NCBI RefSeq assembly: GCF_001194135.2
Contig: NC_068992.1
Coordinates: 6,761,517 to 6,825,516, forward strand
Direction of reading: 5' to 3'
Length of the DNA stretch: 64,000 nucleotides
Source of the DNA: Octopus bimaculoides
Taxonomy: Eukaryota
Below the pieces are notes generated by a model, which did not search any database, was not told the origin of the DNA, and was given only the letters and a program-made list of their open reading frames with translations. Both the position numbers and the translations under genes were made by a program. Numbering within the stretch: position 1 is the stretch's first letter; every line of letters starts with the position of its first letter. This document shows positions 50,681-62,814 of this stretch, piece after piece.

Positions 50681-51831
50681 CATCTCATCTAACTTTCAAA
50701 ACAGAAAAGTAACTATTTTTCTTATTCAATAACTTGAAAATAAGTTCCTTATGAAGGACACAAATACAAAGATTATTACAGATTACTGTTAACTCTTGAT
50801 TCCTTTCCTATACAAAGATGCTATATCATGTTAAAACTTTTAGAAACTACTTGAAGTTTGCTGTTATTGCTAATGTATGTTTTTCTCCAATTTCTATGGG
50901 ATGTATTTAATATATGAATGCTGTTTAAATTCAGAATATGAATTCTCTCTCTCTCTCTCAAATTTTATCATTGATGTTTGTGATAAATCTTTACATTATA
51001 AAAAAGTTTCATTCAGTCTGGAATGGTAATATAGATATACTGTTACAAACAGGATCACAGTTCCTCTGCTTTTATCATAACCCAAGGTCCTAAGGCTAAG
51101 GGGTTAATGGAATTAAGTCAGCATACATATAGCATAGTAAAATCCTAATCTAAGGAAATTGGTGAAGAATCTCTGTTCAAAATATTAGACTGTTTCATTT
51201 CTCTTAGCAATCAAACTTATTGATAGCAACAAAGCTTTTTACAATATATGACTGCTTTAGTGATTCTGCCATTTCTTGCATCAGAGCACCATTCCTAGCC
51301 TGAGTTACTCACAAGTAGGTAGACTGGAACAATAGGAGTTTAATGCTTTGCAAAAATAGAAAAATTAAAATTTAAAAAAAAGCATAGAAATAAGTACAGC
51401 TAAGCAGTGAAATACTGAATTTCTATTAATTTAGCCATTCACACCTCTTTTCTTACTTCATTACAAAATAGTAAAGTTGATTAAATATTTAACATTCTTT
51501 AGTAAGAAACGGTGCAAATTTTCAAAACAAGCAGAGCTGTTGAGAAATCCGATTGGGGTAGCTCACAGTTTCATTGAGATCTATAACAGTGTTCACAGGC
51601 TTGTACATAAATTCATCTCTATGTAACTGTTGAATAATTTGTTCATTAATCATATTAGCCATATTTATGGTTGGTTCTAGTATTGTTTTTCTACTGAGTC
51701 ATTTCTGATTGTGTTACTTGTGTTGAATAATGGGGTAAGACTTTATTTTTTTTAGTCTGTCAACTGATGATGTCAATTTACTTATTTCAGCCATAGATAT
51801 GTCCATATTTTGATCAGATGCAACCTCTTCT

Positions 51832-51900
51832 CACTGGAAAATACGAAAACTAAAAGAAGCAGCACATCTGCTAGGACACAACAACCCCCTAAATAGACCC
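51832..51900 (+). mobile_element. Penelope GIY-YIG C-terminal fragment
   Basis: HWKIRKLKEAAHLLGHNNPLNRP, nearly identical to the peptide at 32764-32924. Confidence 0.75.
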
Positions 51901-52391
51901 TTAATCTAACCATAAAGCTACAGTATAGTCATGACTGAGGTGCCTTTGGTTCTATGGTTCTACTCAGAGTTAACCTGAGACGAGACAACAACTGCAGCAA
52001 AAACGTCACTGTAAAGGCAGAATGTTTAGCTTATGGAATGTGTTTGTGAGTTCTTGTGCAATTGTCAGGTGCAGCTTGAATGAAGGGTGTGTAAATACAT
52101 ATTGTAAACGACAACATCAACAATTTCCGGTATCATATATTTCCTGTTTAACTGTTCCTTTTAATATGATTACTATAAGGGTGTGTCTGTCATTTATAAG
52201 ATTACCATTAAAACATTAGGCCAAAATATTTTTCTTTCAAATCAGCTGACCTAATGGAGCCTGATCTCTTTTTTTTCACAATTCAAAACGGAAACTATTT
52301 TGACACTGATATATTTGCAGTTTCTTTAGATTTTTGTAGCATGCATGCAAAGGAAATGCCATCTGCCATGAGAAGAAACTTCGTCTTTCTG

Positions 52392-52393
<2 letters not shown>

Positions 52394-52463
<70 letters not shown>

Positions 52464-52478
52464 TCTCTCTCTCTCTCT
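52394..52478. repeat. (CT)n microsatellite
   Basis: Direct reading. Confidence 0.95.
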
Positions 52479-53374
52479 CATCCGCTGTTTATTTTAAAAA
52501 GGTAAAATCTACTTCTGTCTTGTATTGAACCAATAGTTCTCATGCTCGTGGGAAAGCAATGCTGTTACGCAAAGAAAACACTAATGTTTCAAAAAGTTTG
52601 AGAATCACTAAGTCTGTTAGAGTAACATATGGTACAATGCTATTAAAATGATCATTGGATGTTAAAGAAAAAAATTAAAAAGTATAAACATTAACAATAC
52701 TTTTGATAATGACTAGACTTTATTATGACACAATCAGAGAAGGTATTGGTAGGGCTAATGACATTTTGAAGGGACTCTGTGACTGGCAGGGGAAAGATTG
52801 GAAGAAACCATGCTTTTTAAGTGTATTTAGAAGGGAGACCTAGTCAGAATGCTTGTAACAGATCAGGTGATATTTTGCTAAATTAGATGACAAGGTTAAG
52901 TCTATCACAAGGCTTGGGTATGTACATACATACATAGAGAGACGCATGTGTGCGTGTGAGTGCATACACACTTATATGTATATGTCTACATTATACATAT
53001 ATATGTATACATATGTCTACTCTTTCAGAACTATAAATCTGTTCCTATCTCATCATTCACTTCTATGCCCTCTCAGTTTTCCCTTAGCTGTTAATACCAC
53101 TTTTAATCTCTAATGCAAGTTGCAAAGCTGTCTCACTAATAAGCACCTAGTGAACTCTGCAAATAGTTGGTATTAGGAAGCATATCCACCCATAGAGACC
53201 TTGCCAAAGCCGATATTGGAGCAGAATTTAGTCCTCCAACTCACTAGATCCTGTCTAACCATCTAACTTATGCCAGTATGAAAGAGGGATGTTAAATGAC
53301 GAGGCCGATAATGATGCATGTGATTATTTCTCAGTGTATGTATACATGTTGTATGTGATATACATTTATATATA

Positions 53375-54117
53375 CTCAACAACTGTCGTTTTAAACTTAT
53401 AAGTATGAATATTCCATACAGTCTAGCAAAAAGAACTGGTAAATTAGTATCAAAGCCTGTAAACTGTGACCAAGAGCTAGACAGATTGAGAACTATACTT
53501 GTTCAAAGAGCATCTCCACTTAATTTAATTACTAATGGAATAGAAAGAACAAAACATAAACATGCAGACTGTGAGCAAAATAAAAAGTAAAAACCAAGAA
53601 AAATGTTTTGTAATATGTATTTACATTTAAGCTACAGAAATAGTCTACATGAAAACTTTTCAGAATTTGGAAAATCAACAAATTATTGAAGCACTAAACA
53701 ACCGAAGGTATTGAAAAATATAATTACTTAGACAGGATTTCTTAGATTACTAATTACGAAATGCAGAAAACCATGTTGTGGTGCTGGTTTATATTTGACT
53801 GAAGAATCAGTGTTAAAGGGTTTTGAAATGACAGTTTTACTTGTAACTCTCAGAATTTAATCTATGCAGTAATATGCTGTGGTTGTCTTCAAAATCACAT
53901 CAGATGAACTGGATTATCACAACACAAATGTACCATAGTACATGGCATCAATTGTGAAACTAACAGGTAAATTCCATTAAGTGCACATGTAGCAATTTGT
54001 CAGGAATGAACCTACTTAATTTCAAAATTTCCTGATATACAAATGCTCAGATATAACTACAGCACACCATTGAATCACTGAAAGCAAATTATTAAGAAAT
54101 ATAAGCCACAGCAAAAT
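53375..54117 (+). mobile_element. Penelope-like element relic (RT thumb, Cys-rich linker, GIY-YIG endonuclease)
   Basis: NIPYSLAKR...DQELDRLRTILVQRASPLNLITNGIER (RT thumb); CRKPCCG; FTCNSQNLIYAVICCGCLQNHIR*TG (GIY-YIG: IY..C..C..YIG.T); IPLSAHVAIC; ends IIKKYKPQQN. The Cys linker suggests a different lineage (Neptune-like) from the 32.8/51.8 kb fragments. Confidence 0.82.
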
Positions 54118-54129
54118 GGAGTAAGCTCT

Positions 54130-54521
54130 CTGGCTTCCATGCCAGTGGCATGTAAATAGCACCATTTGAACGTGATCGTTACCAGCATCGCCTTCCTGGC
54201 ACTTGTACCAGTGGCACGTGAAAAGACATTCAAACGAAGTTTTTGCCAGTGCCGCTGGATTGGCTCCTGTGCAGGTGGCACGTAAAATACACCATTTCGA
54301 GCATGGCCGTTGCCAGTACCGCCTGACTGGCCTTCGTGCCAGTGACACGTAAAAGCACCCACTACACTCTCGGAGTGGTTGGCGTTAGGAAGGGCATCCA
54401 GCTGTAGAAACTCTGCCAAATCAGATTGGAGCCTGGTGTAGCCATCTGGTTCGCCAGTCAAATCATCCAACCCATGCTAGCATGGAAAGCGGACGTTAAA
54501 CGATGATGATGATGATGATGA
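54130..54521 (+). mobile_element. (GAT)n-tailed retroposon with four ~65-bp internal repeats
   Basis: GTGGCA(C/T)GT(A/G)AAA core near 54145, 54211, 54276 and 54345; ends ggacgttaaacgatgatgatgatgatgatga; CpGs intact despite the CpG-poor surroundings. Confidence 0.85.
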
Positions 54522-55401
54522 GACTGTTGCAGATCATCCCTAATTTAAGAAACCTATTATCAAAAACATTTCAACTGCAATCAGTTTTTTTATCATTCAT
54601 AGTCTCTTTAGTACTCCATTATCCAAAATATCCTTTTCTTCCATGATGATAGTGTCTGGTAAGAGAGATATTTTGCTGTTATTTCTACTTTAGAAAGTTC
54701 AATGACCAGGTTGAGGTAATTTTGTTGGCTTGTATGGTCTCCAGATTTTGGTGGTACCACAACCAAAGCAAGCAAGGTGAATTTATCCAAGCTTGACAGC
54801 TTCTACACTCTTTAATTATGCATATTTTCGAACCTCAGCTGTGCATGTGTGTGTGTGTGTGTGTGTGTGAGCTGGTCAATTCAATTTGGTTAATGACACT
54901 CTCAAATTCTTTGAGACTGTGTTTGCACGTGTTTGTATGTATGTGCATGTGACCTCCACTTAAGATCATTATTGCCAACAAATCTTATGGTCGTTTCTTA
55001 GTTTATCCTTCATCTCCACATGCTTTCATTCTTTGCTGTTTTGATTGTACATCATTGGATATCAAATTGTAGTATTTGGAGATATTAAGTTTGCAAGCTA
55101 CTTCTAAAGTTAGCAGTGATTTATAGAAGTATGGCAGCTGTGATTTATAGAAACTGGTTAATCTCAGCAATATTGTTGTTAACATTTTAGTCTCTTGTTG
55201 CAGAATGGACAGATAAAAGATTCTTTGCTGCTTTTATCAATTTGCCAATATTCTAGCAGTGGACCTCCCAATATTTCTTTTTGTTTTTCTATTTGATTCA
55301 GTAAAGAGGAAGGGGTCAGGCTCTTCACCAACATACTCCACCAAAATGGGTGAGATTGACATAGTTAATGTTCTTAAATGGATGTAGGTTGGCAGACTTC
55401 A

Positions 55402-55735
55402 TTTTATCTTTTACTTGTTTTTTTTTTTTAAATCATTAGACTGCAGCCAAGCTGAGGGACTGCTTTGAAGAGTTTAGTTAAGTAAATCGACCCCAGTACA
55501 TTTCTTAAAGTCTGGCACTTATTTTATTGGTCTCTTTTGCTGAGTCACTAAATTATGGGGGCATAGAGAAGCTAACACTCTTTGTCCAGTAGTGGGTGGG
55601 GAGACAAACACAATTCACACATACATATATTTATAGTTTCTGTTACCGAAATTCCACTCACAAGGCATTGGTTGGCCCAGGGCTATCATAAAAGATACTT
55701 ACCTGAGGCACCATGCAGTGGGACTAACATCACCA
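55402..55735 (-). mobile_element. CORE-type SINE, CpG-decayed
   Basis: Tail tatcttttacttgtttt..., head ...ggcaccatgcagtgggactaa. Confidence 0.7.
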
Positions 55736-56592
55736 TGCCAGCACCTATGCACAAAATATAACAAAAAGCGAAAAAAGACATAGAGAGTGGAGGGCATTAC
55801 AGAGAAAAACATGCTGGGGTGGTGGGGGAGATTTAACACCATGTTGTTGTTTAGGTCCAAGGTCCTAATTGAACATTCCTGCATGAAAATCATCCTGTCA
55901 TTTTTTTGTTTGTTTTTGATTTTTGAGGCTCACATAATGCAATGTTTTTTTTTGTTTTTGTTTTTTAATGACAATATGGTGATGATTTCAGGAAGACTTA
56001 GCTGCTATTTCTAACTGATGAAGATATTACATAGAGGTTTTATTTCACTATGGATACTGCATTTTCCAGTGTACAAGTTGATATTGTACATAGTGTAAAC
56101 ATGTGGTAAAAACATTCAAACATCACCACTGTCTTTCCAAATCCAGCTGCATTTCACATGGAAATTTTGGTCCTCCAAAACCATCTTAGTGTATAAGTCA
56201 ACTGTTTTGGCAGCAGATTTTGGTCTAAAAAATTCAACTTATATGCCAGAGGATACAGTATTTTAATCTTCATAAGATTTGAAGCTTAACACGGTTCCTA
56301 ATTTTAAAGACTGATAGTGTAGGCTTTTTCCTTTTGTGTCTTATAAGACAATCATGGTACTTAACTGTGATCGTCTTATACAATCTCACTTCAGTAATTC
56401 TTGTTAACTGTCCTTCATATTACAGAAACTTAGCAAGATAATTGTTTGAGGGAAATGGGATTGTTGCAGTGATAGATCCATGCTGCTGTTCCTTAAATTG
56501 TTTGTATCCTACAGTTGTCATTGTATGTGTATATGTGTGTGTATGCATGCAGGTATGTATGTGTATATGTATGTATCTCTCTCTCTCTCTCT

Positions 56593-56632
<40 letters not shown>

Positions 56633-57659
56633 GTGGAGAGATAGATACATGGCTTAATATTGATGTCTGCTGCTGCATTAAACATTATTAATGACAAAAG
56701 TAATAAATCTAGTAAAAAAAAAGTGAATCTGATAATGAAGAGAAAGTGTAATTTAAACATGTGGATTTGCAAGTGAAGTAGAAAAATATGTTTTACAGAA
56801 TTGAATGGTAAAGGAAAGAGTGAAATTTAATTGAATTGTATTAGGATAAAATCCTACAATTTCAGGAAAGAGGAGAGAGAGACAGACAGATAGTCAGACA
56901 AACATAGATAGAGTGAGTGTGTGTTGTTTTTGTTGTTCTAGCCATGCATTAGTTAGGGAAATTAGATATGTTGAATTTTATTTTCGTAACTTCATGTGCT
57001 GTCATGAACAGTTAACAGAAAGTAGATCCTGTGATTGTCGCTTATAAACACCAGACAATAAGAACGACTTCTACAATTTTTACATCATCAAATGAGACTC
57101 ATAAACAAAGTAAAAAGAAAGGCAATAATTTTATTTTATTGCTTAGAAGCATCCATATCATTAGAATAGTTACTGAATAAATTACTCAGAGAATCCATCT
57201 ACATGAAAAATAATAGTCATGTTAGTGTTTATTTATTGACCAATGTTGCCTTTTCTTTCACCATGAAATTATTTCTAATTAGCTTCTGAAAACTCTCTAC
57301 ATTAAATATAAATACGCTAACACTAACTTACCTATTGATTTTCTTATGAATAGTGTCTGAGTAATTTCTCACAGTAATATTCTCTGAAATATGCTAATTT
57401 TCTACACTAACTTGTGTAATATATTGTACATTTTACACAGGGATTCTCATTTACATTGGGATTCTCATATCAAAATTTTGGCAAATGTAGAGAAGTTTAT
57501 ACTTTACTGAGGAGGTCTAATAAGACAAAAATGTATCTCAGGTTATCTCTCATAACTGCATGAGTAATTAAAATAATAAGCATTGACCATTATCTTTTAC
57601 TCACTGCCTAAGTATTCATAATTAGATTTTTAATACTTGCTTCATTCTTGCTTGTCCAG

Positions 57660-57719
57660 CCATAGGCTGAATACCACATCAACCTATAATGTCAAATCTT
57701 ACAGTGGCATTGGATTTAA
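57660..57719 (+). CDS. Candidate 60-nt symmetric exon
   Basis: ttgcttcattcttgcttgtccag|C CAT AGG ... GGA TTT AA|gtgagg; HRLNTTSTYNVKSYSGIGF, phase 2/2. Confidence 0.25.
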
Positions 57720-58462
57720 GTGAGGACGAGTTGGCCAATGCCAACCTCACCCTATCATCCAGCTGTGTTGATCCAGAGGCAATATGAGTCCAAAGTGGTT
57801 GAAGATACTTCTGAATACAGTATGTAACCTGGACTTCTATTGTGACTTTTCCTATTGTTAAAATTCCATAGCTCCCTGCAATAAATATCTTAATGTCTTA
57901 CCATTAAACCATGATAATCGTCAGTTTGGTTGATGTCTATCACTTCTGTTTTAGTTTTCATAAAAGTTCAACTAATGATAATTGTCTATTAAATAAATCA
58001 CTGATACTAGAACATACTAAAATTATGTTTAGTACTAATGAATCTATAGCGTTAAAACATCAAATTAGTTAAAAACATTAACTTAATGTGAAAAGCAAGT
58101 TTAAATGATGAGAGGAAGCTTTCATCACTTTTAATGTCACCAGTCCACTCCCTACAATGAAATTGCCAGGCTTGGTGGTATATAGTCCTGCACTAAGTAT
58201 AGAAAAAGTGTGTCTTTAATGGAACAATGAATTGCAACAAGTGATTTGTTGGACATTTGGCTGCTATTTCTTCCAGATTGAATGATTATATAGATGTTCA
58301 CTTGCTGATTCAAGAAAACATATGATGTTGTTTTCTTATTGTAAATCAATTGTGCCAGAGCAGATCTGTCATCAAAGACATTCCAGCCATGACTACATTA
58401 CCTAACAGATTTTTTTCAAATATTTGGCTGCTATTTCTAACAGGTGGAGTAATCATGCAAAG

Positions 58463-58742
58463 CAGTGGTTCTCAACCATTCTTTGATCTATGGATCCTTT
58501 TGATTGCTATTTTACTTTGGTGGATGCCCATCACCACTCAAAGTTTAAAAATTACTTTCATTAATACGTCTTTCAAAATTCCTATTTTATTCATCACCAT
58601 TTTTTCCCTGTAAAACGTTAGAGAAAGAAATCTTACTGTTTCATGCAATAAGTGCATCTATATTTATGGACCCTTTATTAAACTACTAACTGTTGGTTCC
58701 CAAATTATTATTCTCCATATGGACCCTGATTGAGAGCCACTG
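58463..58742. mobile_element. hAT/Charlie-type MITE (in duplicate copy 1 only)
   Basis: CAGTGGTTCTCAAC ... ATTGAGAGCCACTG; flanks ATGCAAAG / CTGTAAAG (6/8 TSD). Confidence 0.8.
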
Positions 58743-59824
58743 CTGTAAAGGATCTTTTCATATATTTCAAATGCATGTATGAGTGTTTCTCATTCCTTTC
58801 ATATATATTTTCTGCATTTAATTTCAGTTTTAGAAGGTTTTCAATTCATCTGCAAAAGCACACTTTGCACGTTGTCTGCAAATAAGGGCCAAAGAGAAAA
58901 GAAAATAACTGAAATCACTGCATGTTTCTTTTGTTTATTTTTTCTTTTTAAATCTTCCAGGAAGATACTGTTGTCGGAATTTTGTTCCTGTCAGATACAT
59001 TTAGGCATTGTGTAGGAAGAAACATGGAATTTGTTTATATTTTAGGTATTATAAAACATATAGATCAATATGCCAGCCAGAGAAATACTTACATTTTGTG
59101 TAATATGCACCTTTGCAGGTATGTATATGTGTACATATTCAATCAAATATATATGTACACACAGACACACTTATATATAAAGCAGCACTTATTCACAGAG
59201 ACAATCTATGGACTCCAACCACTTGCCTCCATATCAATAGCATAACATTTGTGCAGCATTCTGCAAATTGCACATATCCAGATTTGAACTGCTAAAGTAT
59301 ATGCACAAGAACTGTGCATGTACTGGTATTCCACAAATATGCCTGATCATTGCTGTAGAATCCCTATGTTTTGTGTGTTATATTGATTCTAGACTTTTGA
59401 AGCCATCAGTTGATTGTCTCATGTAAGAGCACATGGGCATGTGACATTGAACAGTGAGTGAATATTGATGAATGTGATGGCTATGAGAAGATGACACAAA
59501 AACCATTATATATATACATAAGAAAATGAGATGACAAAGGAATAAACGATTATCTTATGAACTTCATTAGCTTACGGCTGTTTCTGCTGCAGGATGCAGT
59601 GGACTCATAGTGGAATTCCTGAGTAACAAAGCCTCAAATATTAAGTGCAATTTATTTGGGAAAAGAATTACATTTATGCATATTTGTAGGGAAAAAAGCA
59701 TTACCAATGAGAAAGCAAACACATATGTGGGAGATGAATATATATATGTGTGTGTATGTATACATATGTAAGTATATATACATGTATGTTAAAGTAAAAA
59801 AGTGAGAGAAAAATTAAATTGGAC

Positions 59825-59883
<59 letters not shown>

Positions 59884-59886
59884 ATG

Positions 59887-59952
<66 letters not shown>

Positions 59953-60309
59953 AAATCATAACACTGAAATGCAGTGTAAAAAATTAGCATTTGGTTTACA
60001 TGCTGCGTGCTGCTTATCTCTGAGAATAAAATAGATACCGTTGAATAAATGGTGAGCTGCCAAATGTGCAAGTATGTAAATTAGTGTATCCTCTACTGGG
60101 CCAACCTAATTCAAAACTGCTTTGTATTATAGGTGACCTATGCTATTGATTGGAGAAGGTAGCTTGGTATATTTTCCCTGAGGAGTAATCAACAAGCCAC
60201 AAAAAACTCTCCTAATAGTGATTTTATACTAAACTAAAAACTGGCACTAGAACATACTGAAGGTGTACTCACTAATAAGCCTGCAATATTAAAACAACAA
60301 ATTAGTTAA

Positions 60310-60529
60310 CCATTTAGCATTTAAACCAGCCATGTCTGACCTAAATATTCTAACTGTTTTATTTTCAAACCAGCTAAATCCAACCTCTCATGCCTATCCT
60401 ACAATGTCATTCTAAAAATTAAAAGTTACATTATCAAAATCTTGAATCTACAAACTAGTGCATGATTAATTCAAAACGAAATGAGCAAATAAGCATTATA
60501 TGTGACCCAGTAATCTAAATGTTAAATGG
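60310..60529. mobile_element. piggyBac-type TTAA MITE (in duplicate copy 2 only)
   Basis: TTAA (60306-60309) CCATTTAGCATTTA ... TAAATGTTAAATGG TTAA (60530-60533); the paralogous site at 58069-58072 has a single TTAA. Confidence 0.9.
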
Positions 60530-61277
60530 TTAAAAATATAACTTAATGTTGAAAACTTTTGAAAGGTTTTCTAATTTGTAATGATATGAGAAATGTTTGG
60601 CTGCTATTTCTTGAAGGTGAACTAATCATGTATTTTGAATGTGTGTATATGTGTGCATATGAATATATTTTGCATGTTATTTTAGTTTGCTTATAATATA
60701 TTCTAGAAGCCTTTCAATTCAGTTGTAACTGCACATTTTGCACATTGTAAATAAGGACCGAAGGGAAAAGGGAAAAACTAAAATCATTGCAAGTTTATTT
60801 CTTTTTTCCTTTTCCTTTTTAATTATCCAAAAAGAATCCATTGTCAGAATATTGTTTCTGTCAGATACATTTATACTTTGTATAACAGAAAACATGAAAT
60901 TTATTTATATATTTTATATATTTTAAAACATTTAGATCAATATGCCAGCCAGTGAAATAAATAGCTACATATGTATATGTGTATATATGTGTGTATGTAT
61001 AAGTCTTGTATGTGTGCAGATAGATATGTATGTATGTGCTTATCTGTATGTATGAATTAATATGCATGCATGTGTGTATGTATGTTTTTCTTTGAATTGA
61101 TTTAAGGTCTATTTTTCGTTTGTATAAAATTCAAGCTGGTCACTAACAGTGCGACAAGGCTCTTTTGTTTGAGTGAAGGCATTTCCTGAGATTTGAAAAT
61201 ATATAAACGAGTTTATGTATGTGTAGGCATAGGTGTGGATAAACTTGCACCTGTATGTATACACCTATGAGCATATA

Positions 61278-61331
<54 letters not shown>

Positions 61332-61866
61332 NNNNNNNNNNNNNNNNNNNNNNNNNNNNNNNNNNNNNNNNNNNNNNNNNNNNNNNNNNNNNNNNNNNNN
61401 NNNNNNNNNNNNNNNNNNNNNNNNNNNNNNNNNNNNNNNNNNNNNNNNNNNNNNNNNNNNNNNNNNNNNNNNNNNNNNNNNNNNNNNNNNNNNNNNNNNN
61501 NNNNNNNNNNNNNNNNNNNNNNNNNNNNNNNNNNNNNNNNNNNNNNNNNNNNNNNNNNNNNNNNNNNNNNNNNNNNNNNNNNNNNNNNNNNNNNNNNNNN
61601 NNNNNNNNNNNNNNNNNNNNNNNNNNNNNNNNNNNNNNNNNNNNNNNNNNNNNNNNNNNNNNNNNNNNNNNNNNNNNNNNNNNNNNNNNNNNNNNNNNNN
61701 NNNNNNNNNNNNNNNNNNNNNNNNNNNNNNNNNNNNNNNNNNNNNNNNNNNNNNNNNNNNNNNNNNNNNNNNNNNNNNNNNNNNNNNNNNNNNNNNNNNN
61801 NNNNNNNNNNNNNNNNNNNNNNNNNNNNNNNNNNNNNNNNNNNNNNNNNNNNNNNNNNNNNNNNNN
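61332..61866. other. Assembly gap
   Basis: Run of N flanked by (TA)n. Confidence 1.
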
Positions 61867-62506
61867 TATATACATACATACATGCATACGTATGTACACA
61901 TATATTTCAGGGTGAAAAAAGTGAATTAAACTTTTCAGGAAACAAATAATTAATGCTTTATAGTGATGTAAAATGAATGCTAGCAGATATCAATTGATTA
62001 GAATATTGGCAGACTGAGAATTTGGTCTCAGAATTCTTTGACACATAATCTTATGGATTCAGTATTTGCTTTCTAGAATGATACTATTACTAATCATTCT
62101 CTTCCATGTATTTTGCAAGCCTTATACAATGTATGGCATGCAAATCTCATCATGCAGATCTCCTGATTTCAAAACCTAATGAGAACTAAACCACCTGGTT
62201 CTAAATTTTATCAGATATTTCTTAATCCACCATGAAAATAAAAACCATCTTCCTTTTGAATTGGCAGACATAGTTCAAAATCTTTTGCAAGAGTGCAGAA
62301 TTTTATGAGGCCTTCAATCAAATGTTTTAGCTCTTAACTCAGTTTTCCATTCTGTTTGATTTGCAGCAATTTAGTGTTTCACATATTTGGGAAATTGTCC
62401 AAGTTCAGAACATTATATCTCTGATTATCGCATTTTTTTTCCAGATTAAAATCAACATTTATTACATATTTTCATGAGGCATACTTGTTCAATCTAAAAA
62501 GAAACC

Positions 62507-62814
62507 TGGCACTCTGTCAGTTACGACAACAATTGTTCCAGTTGATCTGATCAACAGAAATACCTGCTTGTGAAATTAACATGCAACTGGCTGAGTACTC
62601 CCCAGACAGGTGTACTCTTCACATAGCTCTCAGGAAGATTCAGTGTGACACAGAATGTTACAAAGCTGGCTCTTTGAATTACTTGTACAACTCGTTTTTG
62701 CTTGATGAGGGCACTGGAGCAATGTGAAATAAAGTGACTTGCCCAAGGACACAATGCACTGGCAGGAATCAAACTCCCAGCCTTAGGATCATGAGCTGGA
62801 TACCACTAAACCAC
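62507..62814 (-). mobile_element. CpG-decayed SINE sharing its 3' half with the 20544/39660 family but with a CORE-type head
   Basis: 62507-62690 aligns to ~39670-39848; 62690-62814 instead has aagtgacttgcccaagg (CORE-like) and a tRNA head. Confidence 0.75.

Larger units (their letters stand above)
57970..60960 (+). repeat. Old direct tandem duplication (copy 1 ~57970-59090, copy 2 ~60205-60960)
   Basis: Colinear blocks: ctagaacatact, aaattagttaa, tttggctgctatttc, tagaag..tttcaattca, tgtcagatacattta, agatcaatatgccagccag (19 bp identical). Confidence 0.85.

Noticed and set aside
51300-51335. 11-nt microexon (ttccag TCTACCTACTT gtgagt) on the minus strand
   Set aside because: It lies within what looks like a SINE-derived fragment.
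59105-59124. Second CAG|GTATGT recursive-like site
   Set aside because: The pyrimidine tract is short; it is better explained as chance or an ordinary donor.
4031-61949. Many long ORFs rich in HT/YI/CV/SL/LL/N or X
   Set aside because: They are translations of (AC), (AT), (TG), (CT), (ATT) microsatellites or N-gaps; no coding signal.
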